DNA of 64,000 nucleotides from Anaerolineae bacterium (lineage in GTDB: Bacteria > Chloroflexota > Anaerolineae > UBA1429), in the NCBI GenBank assembly GCA_963675785.1, contig OY776562.1, forward strand, positions 288,001-352,000, in the 5' to 3' direction. Below are positions 9,898-19,603 of the stretch, piece by piece. The translations under genes were made by a program, and so were the position numbers. The notes beneath the pieces were generated by a model, which did no database searches, was not told where the DNA came from, and saw only the letters and a program-made list of their open reading frames with translations. The stretch's first letter is position 1. Each line of letters begins with the position of its first letter.

Positions 9898-10905
9898 ATG
9901 AATAGAGACATTTATTTACTAACCGGTGCTGCCGGAAATCTGGGAAGTAATATTTGCCGCGAGTTAATCGCTACTGGCAAAACCGTACGTGCTCTGGTAC
10001 TGAACGGTGATCCCGCGATTGTGCATGTGCCCGAGGAGGCAGACGTCTACTTGGGAGATGTGTTGGATGTCGTTTCGCTAGATGGATTCTTTGCCGTGCC
10101 GGAGGATGCGAACATTATTGTAATCCACTGTGCTAGTATCGTCTCACTGACCCCGAGATATAGCCAGAAAGTCCATGATGTGAACATTACGGGTACACAG
10201 AATATCCTCGACCAATGCGTCAAACATGGGGTTAAAAAGCTGGTTTACATCAGTTCCACCAGTGCGATCCCCGAACTGCCAGGCAATCAGCTCATTGTTG
10301 AGGTAAACCACTACGATCCGGACCCTATCGTCGGTTATTATGGCAAGTCTAAAGCTGAGGCTTCGCAGTTGGTGATGAACGCCGTCACTCAACATGATCT
10401 AGACGCTTCGCTTGTGTTTCCTACCGGTATCTTTGGTCCCTACGATTACGGATTTGGTCTGGTTACCAGTAATATCATCAATATGGTGCAGGGAAAGATA
10501 CCTGTTGGCATAGCTGGTTCCTTCAATGCTGCGGATGTGCGTGATCTTGCCGCGGGAGTGCTCTCTTGTTGCGATAAGGGGCGAAAGGGAGAGGGCTATA
10601 TCATGGGTAACGAGACCTTGACGATGCAGGATCTGTTTGACGCGATAGCTGAAGCCAGTGGTTGCAAGAGGATAACGACAATCTTGCCCATAGGCCTAGC
10701 CAAAGTACTTGCAGTTATCGTCGAGACGGCGAGCAAGATTATCAATAAACCCACCATATTGACGAAATTCACGATCTACAATCTCGCCCGCAATAACAAC
10801 TTTAGCAGTAAGAAGGCTGTTAATGAACTGGGATATCAATTTCGCCCCTTTTCAGATACTATCCGCGATGAGGTCCATTGGTTGCGCGAACAAGGTAGAA
10901 TCTGA
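9898..10905 (+). CDS. NAD-dependent epimerase/dehydratase (dihydroflavonol-reductase-like extended SDR)
   Basis: TGAAGNLG, YGKSK, PTGIFGP. Confidence 0.9.
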   Translation: MNRDIYLLTGAAGNLGSNICRELIATGKTVRALVLNGDPAIVHVPEEADVYLGDVLDVVSLDGFFAVPEDANIIVIHCASIVSLTPRYSQKVHDVNITGTQNILDQCVKHGVKKLVYISSTSAIPELPGNQLIVEVNHYDPDPIVGYYGKSKAEASQLVMNAVTQHDLDASLVFPTGIFGPYDYGFGLVTSNIINMVQGKIPVGIAGSFNAADVRDLAAGVLSCCDKGRKGEGYIMGNETLTMQDLFDAIAEASGCKRITTILPIGLAKVLAVIVETASKIINKPTILTKFTIYNLARNNNFSSKKAVNELGYQFRPFSDTIRDEVHWLREQGRI

Positions 10906-10920
10906 GAGGAATTCCTCTCA

Positions 10921-11196
10921 ATCGCTCAAACAGGATCTCGAAGCCGTCCCCGCGAAACTGCGAGATTTGCTGTCCTTTGCGCTTACGTGGGGCATTGGCG
11001 ATGATGTCATTCGCGACGATTGGCACCAAAAGGCTGGCGAAGCGGACAAGGAAGCGTTGGTTCAAGGCTGACGGGGAAAACGGCGGCAATCAACGCCTGG
11101 CTGGATTCGTTCGGTGTGGGTGATATGTCCGCAGAGGCAGGAGCCTTTATGTACATGATGCTCGGTTTGGACGAGATGGGGCTTTATGGGGTGTGA
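10921..11196 (+). pseudogene. 5'-truncated, frameshifted hypothetical gene
   Basis: one frame gives ...VPAKLRDLLSFALTWGIGDDVIRDD...EALVQ; a shift near 11066 continues LTGKTAAINAWLDSFGVGDMSAEAGAFMYMMLGLDEMGLYGV*; no start codon/RBS found. Confidence 0.55.
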
Positions 11197-11357
11197 GCAC
11201 AGCGATTTACAATCGAGTTGGGGTCAGCTAACCCTCTTCCTGTATGGAAGGGGGCGTTTTTAACGCTCATGCTTTCTGCCTCGATGGATTGGCTTGTTTC
11301 ATATATAATCGTGGTTATGGTTTCAAATCATCTGAATGCGAGAAAAAAAGTATACTC

Positions 11358-12293
11358 ATGTCGCCTCGATGCCAGATCTGGCAATCCCCAACTCACTCCT
11401 CATCTGCGCGCCTGGCTGGGCAAGCCCTTGTTGCCTCGGCGGAGCGGGCTGTCACTGAGTACACAGGGCGGCAGTGGCTGGTTCAAGAGGCCAAGGATGT
11501 CTCCGACCTGGCGTCTCACCCCGCCGCCATTCTCTCGAACGGCTCTTATGCTGTGTTTGCCAAGTTTAGCGATGCGCCGAACGGATACGAGCAATTTGAG
11601 ATCGAGATGGCAGGGCTGCGTCTTCTTTCTGAGCGCGCAGGTGTGCTGGTGCCAGTGCCCATCGGCATTATCCCAGTCAATGGTGGAAGTGTCTTCCTTC
11701 TTGAAGCTGTGCAAGCTGTTCATAGGACGCCGCACCACTGGCGGCAAGTTGGTCAGACATTGGCCCGCATCCACCAGATCAAAGGGGAGCGGTTTGGCCT
11801 GGAAACGCACAGCTACTTTGGGGCTCTCTATCAAGATAATACGCTGATGAACGATTGGCCGACATTCTATGCGGAACGCCGGCTTGTACCTGGGTTGAGG
11901 GTAGCTATCGACTCTGGCAACATGCCTGCTGATGTGGCAGCACAGGTCGAGCAGTTGATTGCACGTCTCCCTTTGGTTTGCGGCCCCAATGTTGCGCCTG
12001 CGCTCCTCCATGGCGATGCCCAGCAGAACAATTTCATTAGCAGCGAAAAGGGTGCCTACGTTATCGATCCAGCGGTGTACTATGGCACCCCGGAGATGGA
12101 TTTGGCTAGCGTCGATTTCTTTCAAGCGGTGCCGGAGGATCTTTTCGAAGGGTATCGCGAGGTGCTGCCCATTGCTCCGGGTTTCGAAGAGCGGCGTGAT
12201 TTGTGGCGTGTGTGGGGATATCTCGGCTGCGTAGCTCTTGCTGGCGAGAGTTATTTGGCCAAGTTAATCAGGGCTGTTCGTCGCTATTTGTAG
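11358..12293 (+). CDS. fructosamine kinase family protein
   Basis: VFAK, LLHGD, IDPAVYYG..EMDLA; start uncertain (11244-11400). Confidence 0.85.
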   Translation: MSPRCQIWQSPTHSSSARLAGQALVASAERAVTEYTGRQWLVQEAKDVSDLASHPAAILSNGSYAVFAKFSDAPNGYEQFEIEMAGLRLLSERAGVLVPVPIGIIPVNGGSVFLLEAVQAVHRTPHHWRQVGQTLARIHQIKGERFGLETHSYFGALYQDNTLMNDWPTFYAERRLVPGLRVAIDSGNMPADVAAQVEQLIARLPLVCGPNVAPALLHGDAQQNNFISSEKGAYVIDPAVYYGTPEMDLASVDFFQAVPEDLFEGYREVLPIAPGFEERRDLWRVWGYLGCVALAGESYLAKLIRAVRRYL

Positions 12294-12426
12294 CGTTACT
12301 ATCTATTACTCTGTATTGCATTGACGCATGCCTTTGAAGTGGGCTCTATCTAGGTTGCACTCCACTCTCTTTTCGCTTATTGTATCTCCTGTATCTCCAC
12401 GCAAATTCTTATCAGGAGCTGCCTTT

Positions 12427-13206
12427 ATGGATCCGCTTTTTTCTGTTATTTTGCCCACCTACAACCGCGCCTATGTGCTGTGGCGTGCCATACAGAGCGT
12501 CATTGCCCAAACCGAGCCACGCTGGGAGCTGATGGTAGTCGACGATGGCTCTACCGACGACACACTGCGCCTGCTAGAGGAATTTCGCGATCCACGTATT
12601 TGCACCTTTAGTATTACCAATGGCGGAGCTTCGGCGGCGCGCAACTATGGCGCACGTCAGACCCAGGCTCCTTATCTTGCTTATATCGATTCGGATAATA
12701 CATGGCACGCAGAGTACCTCGCTACCATGCTGCGAGCAATTGAAAGGCACCCCGATGGCGTGCTCTGGTATTGCGGGCAGAACACAAGCCTCTGGCAGCG
12801 CAATGCTGCTCGCACCTGGATGTTGGAGCATGTGCTGGTCGAGCCTCGTGCTCAGTATAGTCCGGAGGATGTGTTGCAATTATGCGGTGCAGATACCAAC
12901 TGCATTGTGCATACACGTCCTTTGCTTAAAGAATTGGGAGGGTGGGATGAGGCCTGTTCTTTCTTGGAGGATTGGGACTTGTTTGCCCGTTGTGTACAGC
13001 GCTATCCCAGTCGAATCTACTGGGTGCCCAAGATTCTGGTGGAGTACCGACAGGTTTACGGCGCGGCAGCCGATGGCTTGTGCGCTTCTGCCGTGCAGGA
13101 CCCCGCCCGCAAACGCGCCCAATGGCGTTATCTCGTTGAAAAGTGGCGCTCTCAGCCCGGTTTTGAAGCTACAGCGCAGCTTCTGACGGAAAAACACCTC
13201 AGTTAG
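12427..13206 (+). CDS. glycosyltransferase family 2
   Basis: SVILPTYNR, VVDDGSTD, ARNYG, IDSD, LEDWDL; ATG 12427 with AGGAG RBS. Confidence 0.9.
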   Translation: MDPLFSVILPTYNRAYVLWRAIQSVIAQTEPRWELMVVDDGSTDDTLRLLEEFRDPRICTFSITNGGASAARNYGARQTQAPYLAYIDSDNTWHAEYLATMLRAIERHPDGVLWYCGQNTSLWQRNAARTWMLEHVLVEPRAQYSPEDVLQLCGADTNCIVHTRPLLKELGGWDEACSFLEDWDLFARCVQRYPSRIYWVPKILVEYRQVYGAAADGLCASAVQDPARKRAQWRYLVEKWRSQPGFEATAQLLTEKHLS

Positions 13207-13725
13207 TTTGTCTTAAAGCTATTCAGCTTCTGTTGCGATTGTGGTACTGATCAATAGGGTATCAAGTGCGTATTCGCAATATTGGCAGGTGCACACTTGG
13301 AAAATCTGAAATCACCCACGAGTGTTCATCCATAGAGGGGGCCTTTTGTCCCGCTGCCAAAGACTTTTCGATCAAGCGATATCCCAAATGTTACAAAAGG
13401 GCATCATTCCCTCATCGAGATTTCGAAAATGGGAGTATAAAGCGGTTCCAGGTATAGATGCAGGCCTTTTTCCTGCTAATACTTGCGCTATGGCTTGAAG
13501 AATGACCCTCACTAAAGTATGATAGAGGTACTTTGAACAGACTCCCCGTATTGACTCCAAACTCACCCCTTTGTTACGGCAAATGCTGGCACTGAAGGTA
13601 TGATGAAAGAGCTAGAGTAGGAGACGGCTCAAAGTGCGAGAGCGGGGCGGAATCCGACGACGGCAAACTTTTGGCCGAGAGTCGAGCCGAACAGGTGTCA
13701 TCGAGAGAAACAGGAGGATCACACC

Positions 13726-13926
13726 ATGAGCAAGAAAGAAGATCGACCTGTAGAAAAGTCCAAGGACAAGTCTAAAGACAAGCCAGTGGAAGAGCCGACC
13801 AAGAAGGCCACGGGTAAGTCCGAGGAAGAACCGACCAAAAAGTCCAAGGACAAGTCGGGCGATAAGAAGGACAAAAAGTCCAAGAAAGACAAGAAAGATA
13901 AAAAATCCAAGAAGGACAAAAAGTAA
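13726..13926 (+). CDS. small Lys-rich low-complexity protein
   Basis: CAGGAGG RBS, 66 aa, repeats EEPTKK x2, KSKDKS x2, KKDKK x3. Confidence 0.7.
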   Translation: MSKKEDRPVEKSKDKSKDKPVEEPTKKATGKSEEEPTKKSKDKSGDKKDKKSKKDKKDKKSKKDKK

Positions 13927-14191
13927 TCTGCTGAGAGCGAAAACTGCGTAAGAGAGCAGATTGAATAAGAGCTAGACAAGGGCAAGTATATTAGTACGAG
14001 GGGCCTACTTGGACGAAACCCTGGTTGAGATTGCCTTTGGGCTCGGGGTTGTGTATGGCGAGTTTTATCATCAAACGGCGAGGTTATCTGCTTGGGTACG
14101 AGTGTTCAACGGCAGATGCCTCGCTTGTTTGTAGTAATACAATAGATCGCAAGAACTATGAGATTTTGGACAAAGGTGGAAAGCACATCCT

Positions 14192-15679
14192 ATGGAAACG
14201 AATGAAAGACGGCATCGTGATATTCTGCGGCGTATCGCCTACAAGGTGATGGTTGAGCGGGGACTGCTCCCCGATTTTTCCACCAGGGCACTCGCCGAAC
14301 TCGACCGAATTCAGGCACCGGTGACCGAGAGCGCCGGCCCCATTCGTGACTTGGCAGATCTTTTGTGGGCTTCCATCGACAACGATGATTCACTCGACCT
14401 GGACCAATTGACTGTGGCCGAGGCACTGCCAGAAGACAAAGCGCGCATTTTCGTTGCTGTGGCTGATGTGGATTCGCTGGTTAAGGATGAATCTGGTCTC
14501 GACCTACACGCTCGCCACAACACTTCTTCCGTCTATACCGCCGGCGGGATATTCCCCATGCTCCCCGAAAGGCTCTCCACCGACCTGACCTCTCTGGGAT
14601 TGAATGAAAACCGTCTGGCCATTGTCATCGAGATGGTGATTGGGCCGGACGGATCCCTTCAGAGCTCAGATATCTATATGGCGCGGGTGCGCAATCATGC
14701 CAAGCTTGTTTACAGCAGCGTTGCTGCCTGGCTGGAAGGGCGGGGAGTGATGCCCGAGGCTATCGCTGAGGTCGACGGTTTGGAGGAAAACCTGCGTCTT
14801 CAGGATGTAACAGCGCAAAAGATGAAAAACCTCCGGCATACGCATGGCGCCCTTACGTTGGAGACCATTGAGGTCAGCCCTGTGTTCGAAGGCGACGAAA
14901 TCCGCGACCTTGTCGTGGAGGAAAAGAACCGTGCGACAGAGATCATTGAGGATTTCATGATTGCGGCAAATGGCGTCACCGCGCGCTTTCTTACCGCTAA
15001 GGGATTTCCCTCCATTCGGCGCGTGGTGCGCATTCCCAAGCGCTGGGAGCGGATCGTCGAGATTGCCGACGAACACGGGTTCGAGCTCCCCAGCACTGCG
15101 GACTCAAAGGCGCTGGAAGCGTTTCTGACGCAGCAAAGAGCGGCGGATCCCACTGGGTTTCCCGATCTCTCCCTGACCGTTATCAAGCTCCTGGGTTCTG
15201 GTGAGTATGTTGCCGAAGCCCCACAAGGCACAGCCCCTGGGCATTTTGGCCTTGCCGTGAAGGACTATACCCACTCGACGGCCCCTAATCGCCGCTACAC
15301 CGATCTCATAACTCAGCGCCTTTTGAAGGCCGTCCTGGCAAAGCAGCCCTTATCTTACAGCCTTGATGAATTACAGGCCCTCGCCAAACATTGTACAGAG
15401 CAAGAAGACGTGGTAAACAAGGTTGAGAGGCAGGTTGGTAAATCCGCCGCTGCGCTGCTGCTCGAGGATAGGATTGGCGAGGAATTCGATGCCGTTGTGA
15501 CGGGTGCCTCTATCAAGGGCACCTGGGTTCGACTTTTCAGTATGCCCATCGAGGGCAAGCTAGTGCAGGGTTATGAGGGCGCAGACGTGGCCGACCGGAT
15601 GCGTGTCAAACTGGTCTCGGTTAGCGTCGAGCGAGGGTTCATCGATTTTGTGGGCCTATCTGCTCCGCACCGCAGCTGA
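14192..15679 (+). CDS. RNB-domain 3'-5' exoribonuclease (RNase II/R family, compact)
   Basis: SIDNDDSLDLDQ catalytic Asp cluster, HFGLA, YTHSTAPNRRYTDL, C-terminal S1-like region. Confidence 0.92.
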   Translation: METNERRHRDILRRIAYKVMVERGLLPDFSTRALAELDRIQAPVTESAGPIRDLADLLWASIDNDDSLDLDQLTVAEALPEDKARIFVAVADVDSLVKDESGLDLHARHNTSSVYTAGGIFPMLPERLSTDLTSLGLNENRLAIVIEMVIGPDGSLQSSDIYMARVRNHAKLVYSSVAAWLEGRGVMPEAIAEVDGLEENLRLQDVTAQKMKNLRHTHGALTLETIEVSPVFEGDEIRDLVVEEKNRATEIIEDFMIAANGVTARFLTAKGFPSIRRVVRIPKRWERIVEIADEHGFELPSTADSKALEAFLTQQRAADPTGFPDLSLTVIKLLGSGEYVAEAPQGTAPGHFGLAVKDYTHSTAPNRRYTDLITQRLLKAVLAKQPLSYSLDELQALAKHCTEQEDVVNKVERQVGKSAAALLLEDRIGEEFDAVVTGASIKGTWVRLFSMPIEGKLVQGYEGADVADRMRVKLVSVSVERGFIDFVGLSAPHRS

Positions 15680-15782
15680 TATCCGTCACGGTCTGCGTTA
15701 TGCTTGCTTTTTGAACGTTGTCCTGGTTGCTACTTGGCTTGTGTTAGGATTGATCAGAGACCCCACGAATGGGAGGCTGACC

Positions 15783-16661
15783 ATGATGCGAACACTGGAA
15801 GGCAAGATCGCTCTGGTGGCAGGGGCTACACGCGGTGCTGGCCGAGGTATCGCTGTGGAATTGGGCGCCGCTGGTGCGACGGTCTATGTGACTGGGCGTA
15901 CCACGCGCACGCACCGCTCAGAATATAATCGCCCCGAGACAATCGAAGAGACAGCCGAATTAGTGAACGCCGCTGGAGGAGTAGGTATCGCTGTGCCCAC
16001 AGATCATCTCCAACCAGAACAGGTCAAGGAACTGGTGGAGTTGATCGACACACAACACGGTCGGCTGGATATCCTGGTCAATGATATTTGGGGTGGAGAG
16101 CAGCTTGCGGAATGGTTCAAGCCAGTTTGGGAGCATTCACTGGAAAATGGGCTGCATATTCTGCGGTTGGCCGTCGATACACATATCATTACCAGTCATT
16201 TTGCACTACCGTTGCTCATTCGTAACAAGAGCGGTTTAGTGATCGAGATGACCGACGGTACCGCCGACTATAACAACGCCCATTACCGTCTGTGCATGTA
16301 CTATGATCAGGCGAAAACTTCGGTGATCCGTATGGCTTGGGCCTTGGCTCAAGAGCTCAAACCTTATGCGTGCACTGCTGTAGCATTGACGCCGGGGTGG
16401 ATGCGTTCCGAGATGATGCTAGAGAATTTCGGAGTGACCGAGGCCAACTGGCGCGATGGCGCTGCCAAGGATCCCGGGTTTATCAATTCTGAGACGCCAC
16501 ATTTTGTGGGACGGGCCGTAGCCGCGCTGGCTGCTGATGCCGACCATGGGCGCTTCACTGGGCAGTCGCTTTCCAGTATTCAATTGGCGCACGTTTATGG
16601 CTTTACCGATCTTGATGGGCGTCAGCCCGATTGTTGGAAGCACATTGAGGAAGAGGACTGA
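15783..16661 (+). CDS. SDR family oxidoreductase
   Basis: GATRGAGRG, LVNDIWGG, YDQAK; ATG 15783 with GGGAGG RBS. Confidence 0.9.
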   Translation: MMRTLEGKIALVAGATRGAGRGIAVELGAAGATVYVTGRTTRTHRSEYNRPETIEETAELVNAAGGVGIAVPTDHLQPEQVKELVELIDTQHGRLDILVNDIWGGEQLAEWFKPVWEHSLENGLHILRLAVDTHIITSHFALPLLIRNKSGLVIEMTDGTADYNNAHYRLCMYYDQAKTSVIRMAWALAQELKPYACTAVALTPGWMRSEMMLENFGVTEANWRDGAAKDPGFINSETPHFVGRAVAALAADADHGRFTGQSLSSIQLAHVYGFTDLDGRQPDCWKHIEEED

Positions 16662-16694
16662 CGTTTTGCAGGGAGATGCCATTCAAAGGAGAGA

Positions 16695-17426
16695 ATGATG
16701 CAATGTGAAGGGAAGGTGGCGCTGGTTACAGGCGCTGCGGGCAATGGCATGGGACGCAGTATCGCGTTGACGTTGGCTCGCGAAGGGGCCAGCGTGGTAG
16801 TGAATTATCTCACCAGCAAGGCTTCGGCTGAGGCCATTGTGGCGCACATCGAGGCGCAGGGCGGTAGTGCCATGGCGGTGCAGGCGGACATTTGCAAGCA
16901 GGATGACTGCAAACAGCTGGTGGACGCTGTTATTGCGTGCTATGGCCAAGTGGACATTTGCATTGTGGGCCCTGGTGCTGGTTGGAATGCTGAACCCATC
17001 GACCAGCTCGATCCCGCTAACGCCCTGGATGACCTGCATCGTGAGGTAGCGCCGCTCTATTACCTGATGCCGCTGGTGCTTCCGGGCATGGCCGAACGCC
17101 ACTGGGGGCGGATTATGGCTATTGGCATCAACCCCACCAAGCCATCGCCAGCGCTTTCGTACAATGCTTCCAAAGCGGCGCGAGCACAGACTTTGCTGAT
17201 GACCGAAAAGACGGCCTGGAAACAGGGTGTGACGGTGAATGTGATTGGACCGGCGCCGGTGGAGGGCATCGAGAGTCTGGAAAAGGCAGTGGAACTGTGT
17301 GAGCATGGCCCTGCCTGGCAGGAACGAAGCAATGTTACACCGCAGGATATGGCCGAGGGCGTGGCTTTTCTCTGTTCGGATGCGGGGCGTTATGTGACGG
17401 GTTGCGTGCTACCTTATTCATTCTAG
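16695..17426 (+). CDS. SDR family oxidoreductase (FabG-like)
   Basis: TGAAGNGMGR, YNASK, AFLCSD..YVTG. Confidence 0.88.
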   Translation: MMQCEGKVALVTGAAGNGMGRSIALTLAREGASVVVNYLTSKASAEAIVAHIEAQGGSAMAVQADICKQDDCKQLVDAVIACYGQVDICIVGPGAGWNAEPIDQLDPANALDDLHREVAPLYYLMPLVLPGMAERHWGRIMAIGINPTKPSPALSYNASKAARAQTLLMTEKTAWKQGVTVNVIGPAPVEGIESLEKAVELCEHGPAWQERSNVTPQDMAEGVAFLCSDAGRYVTGCVLPYSF

Positions 17427-17445
17427 GAGTAGGAGCACTGGCACT

Positions 17446-17474
17446 AAGCCTTCTCAGTAAGTGAAGGCTTTTTC
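17446..17474 (+). terminator. intrinsic terminator
   Basis: AAGCCTTC-N9-GAAGGCTT then T tract. Confidence 0.7.
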
Positions 17475-17561
17475 TTGTTTGTCTTTCCTAGTAGTCTGAT
17501 ATCGCGAGTAGCAGTCGAGTAGGAATCGATAGGTCAAGCACTAAGGTTTATATAGGCGGTT

Positions 17562-17607
17562 TTGGTATAAGCGGCAAAACTGTATAGAATGTTAGCTAGC
17601 TAACATT
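17562..17607 (+). promoter_or_regulatory. promoter overlapped by a perfect 20-bp palindromic operator
   Basis: TTGGTA-N17-TAGAAT; AATGTTAGCTAGCTAACATT at 17588-17607. Confidence 0.65.
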
Positions 17608-17863
17608 TAAATATTGTGTGGCCGAGCGATTGATCGTATAGGCTGTCTCAGAGCGGAGTGACGCTTGATGCAGCCTATCTCAATCATTGGCAGTAGTGAA
17701 AGAGGAGGTGCTGGAAAAATACTAGGCGACGGGCTTTTTTTATGGCTGCTTGAAGTGTTCGTGATTCCGATTCAAATTTCGCCACGACTTGTGGCTGAGA
17801 AAGTAGAAAATTGCCGTTCAATGAGGCCATTTTACGATAACGATAGATATTCAGAGGACGACG

Positions 17864-19603
17864 ATGATCAAACGATTATTAGCTAGTGTTAGAGAATACA
17901 AAAAAGATTCGATTCTTGCGCCGGTTTCGGTGACCCTCGAAGTGGTTTTGGAGGTCATCATCCCGTTGGTGATGGCCAACCTGATCGATTATGGCATCAA
18001 CGCAGGCAATCTGAACTATATCTGGCGAACCGGTGGCTTATTGGTCTTAGCTGCCATGTTCTCGCTGCTTTTTGGCGCACTGGCGGGGAATTTCGCCGCC
18101 AAAGCCGCTGCGGGCTTTGCCAAGAACCTGCGGCAAGACATGTACTATAATGTGCAGAATTTCTCGTTTTCCAACATTGACAAATTCTCCACAGCAAGCC
18201 TGGTTACACGCTTGACGACTGATGTGACCAACGTGCAGAACGCCTACATGATGATTGTCCGCGTGGCGGTGCGCAGCCCAGTCATGCTGATTTTCTCGCT
18301 TATCATGGCGTTCAGTATCAACAAAGAGCTTTCATTGATCTATCTCGCCGCTATCCCCTTTTTGGGCTTTGGTTTGTATCTTATTATGAGCCATGCGCAT
18401 CCCATCTTTGAGCGTGTGTTTCGTACATACGACAAGCTAAACAACATGGTCCAAGAGAACCTACGCGGCATTCGCGTGGTCAAATCTTTCGTAAGAGAAG
18501 ATCACGAAGAGAAAAAGTTTGGCGATATTTCAGAGAGAATCTACAACGACTTTTCCAAGGCCGAGAAACTGCTTTCCTTCAATATGCCGCTGATGCAGTT
18601 CTGCATGTATGCCTGTACACTGCTGGTCTCGTGGTTTGGGGCCAAATTGATCGTTGGCGGATCGATGAGCACTGGCCAGTTGATCAGCCTCATCTATTAT
18701 GCGATGCAAATCCTGATGAGCCTGATGATGCTCTCCTTTGTGTTCGTGATGATTACGATTTCGCGGGCCTCGGCAGAAAGAATCTGTGAGGTGCTCGCAG
18801 AAGTGCCTGATCTGCACGATAACGACGCCCCGAATTTTCATATTGCGGATGGCTCGATTCGGTTTCGGGATGTGGATTTCAGCTATGCCAAGGATAAAAA
18901 CAGGTTGTGTCTCCGTCGGGTGAATCTGGATATCGAATCGGGGCAGACCATTGGCATTATCGGGGGAACGGGTAGCTCCAAAACAACGCTGGTGCAGCTC
19001 ATCCCGCGCCTCTACGATGTGACGGATGGTGCTGTGCTGGTGGGCGGCGTGAATGTGCGCGATTACGATATCGAGGCACTGCGCCAGCAGGTGGCCATGG
19101 TGCTGCAAAAGAACACGCTGTTTTCTGGCACGATCAAGGAAAACCTTCGATGGGGTGATGAGGATGCCTCGGATGAAGAGTTGGTGCGCGTTTGCAAGCT
19201 GGCTCAGGCGGATGATTTCATTCGCAGCTTCCCGGATGGATACGATACCCATATCGAACAGGGTGGCACGAACGTATCTGGTGGGCAAAAGCAACGATTG
19301 TGTATCGCCCGGGCGTTGCTGAAAAAGCCCAAGATATTGATTTTGGATGATTCGACCAGTGCCGTGGATACCAAGACGGACGCCCAGATTCGCAAGGCGT
19401 TCCGCGAGGAAATACCGGATACGACCAAGCTGATCATCGCACAGCGCGTGGCCTCGATCGAGGATGCTGACAAGATCATTGTGATGGAAGATGGTCGGAT
19501 TGACGCTGTGGGAACACACCAAGAGCTTTTGGCGCATAACCCGATCTACCAAGAGGTCTATCATTCACAGGTACGGGGCGCGAGCTTGAATGGGGCGGCA
19601 TGA
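17864..19603 (+). CDS. heterodimeric ABC exporter, subunit 1 (TMD+NBD, degenerate site)
   Basis: TM domain, GGTGSSKT, VSGGQKQR, ILDD Walker B and IAQR switch (degenerate). Confidence 0.93.
   Translation: MIKRLLASVREYKKDSILAPVSVTLEVVLEVIIPLVMANLIDYGINAGNLNYIWRTGGLLVLAAMFSLLFGALAGNFAAKAAAGFAKNLRQDMYYNVQNFSFSNIDKFSTASLVTRLTTDVTNVQNAYMMIVRVAVRSPVMLIFSLIMAFSINKELSLIYLAAIPFLGFGLYLIMSHAHPIFERVFRTYDKLNNMVQENLRGIRVVKSFVREDHEEKKFGDISERIYNDFSKAEKLLSFNMPLMQFCMYACTLLVSWFGAKLIVGGSMSTGQLISLIYYAMQILMSLMMLSFVFVMITISRASAERICEVLAEVPDLHDNDAPNFHIADGSIRFRDVDFSYAKDKNRLCLRRVNLDIESGQTIGIIGGTGSSKTTLVQLIPRLYDVTDGAVLVGGVNVRDYDIEALRQQVAMVLQKNTLFSGTIKENLRWGDEDASDEELVRVCKLAQADDFIRSFPDGYDTHIEQGGTNVSGGQKQRLCIARALLKKPKILILDDSTSAVDTKTDAQIRKAFREEIPDTTKLIIAQRVASIEDADKIIVMEDGRIDAVGTHQELLAHNPIYQEVYHSQVRGASLNGAA

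Noticed and set aside
11069-11071. TGA as a selenocysteine read-through
   Set aside because: No redox motif or clear SECIS; the protein-like continuation is in another frame
9898-17426. Integron cassette array
   Set aside because: No recurring attC-like repeats seen between the co-oriented genes and no intI
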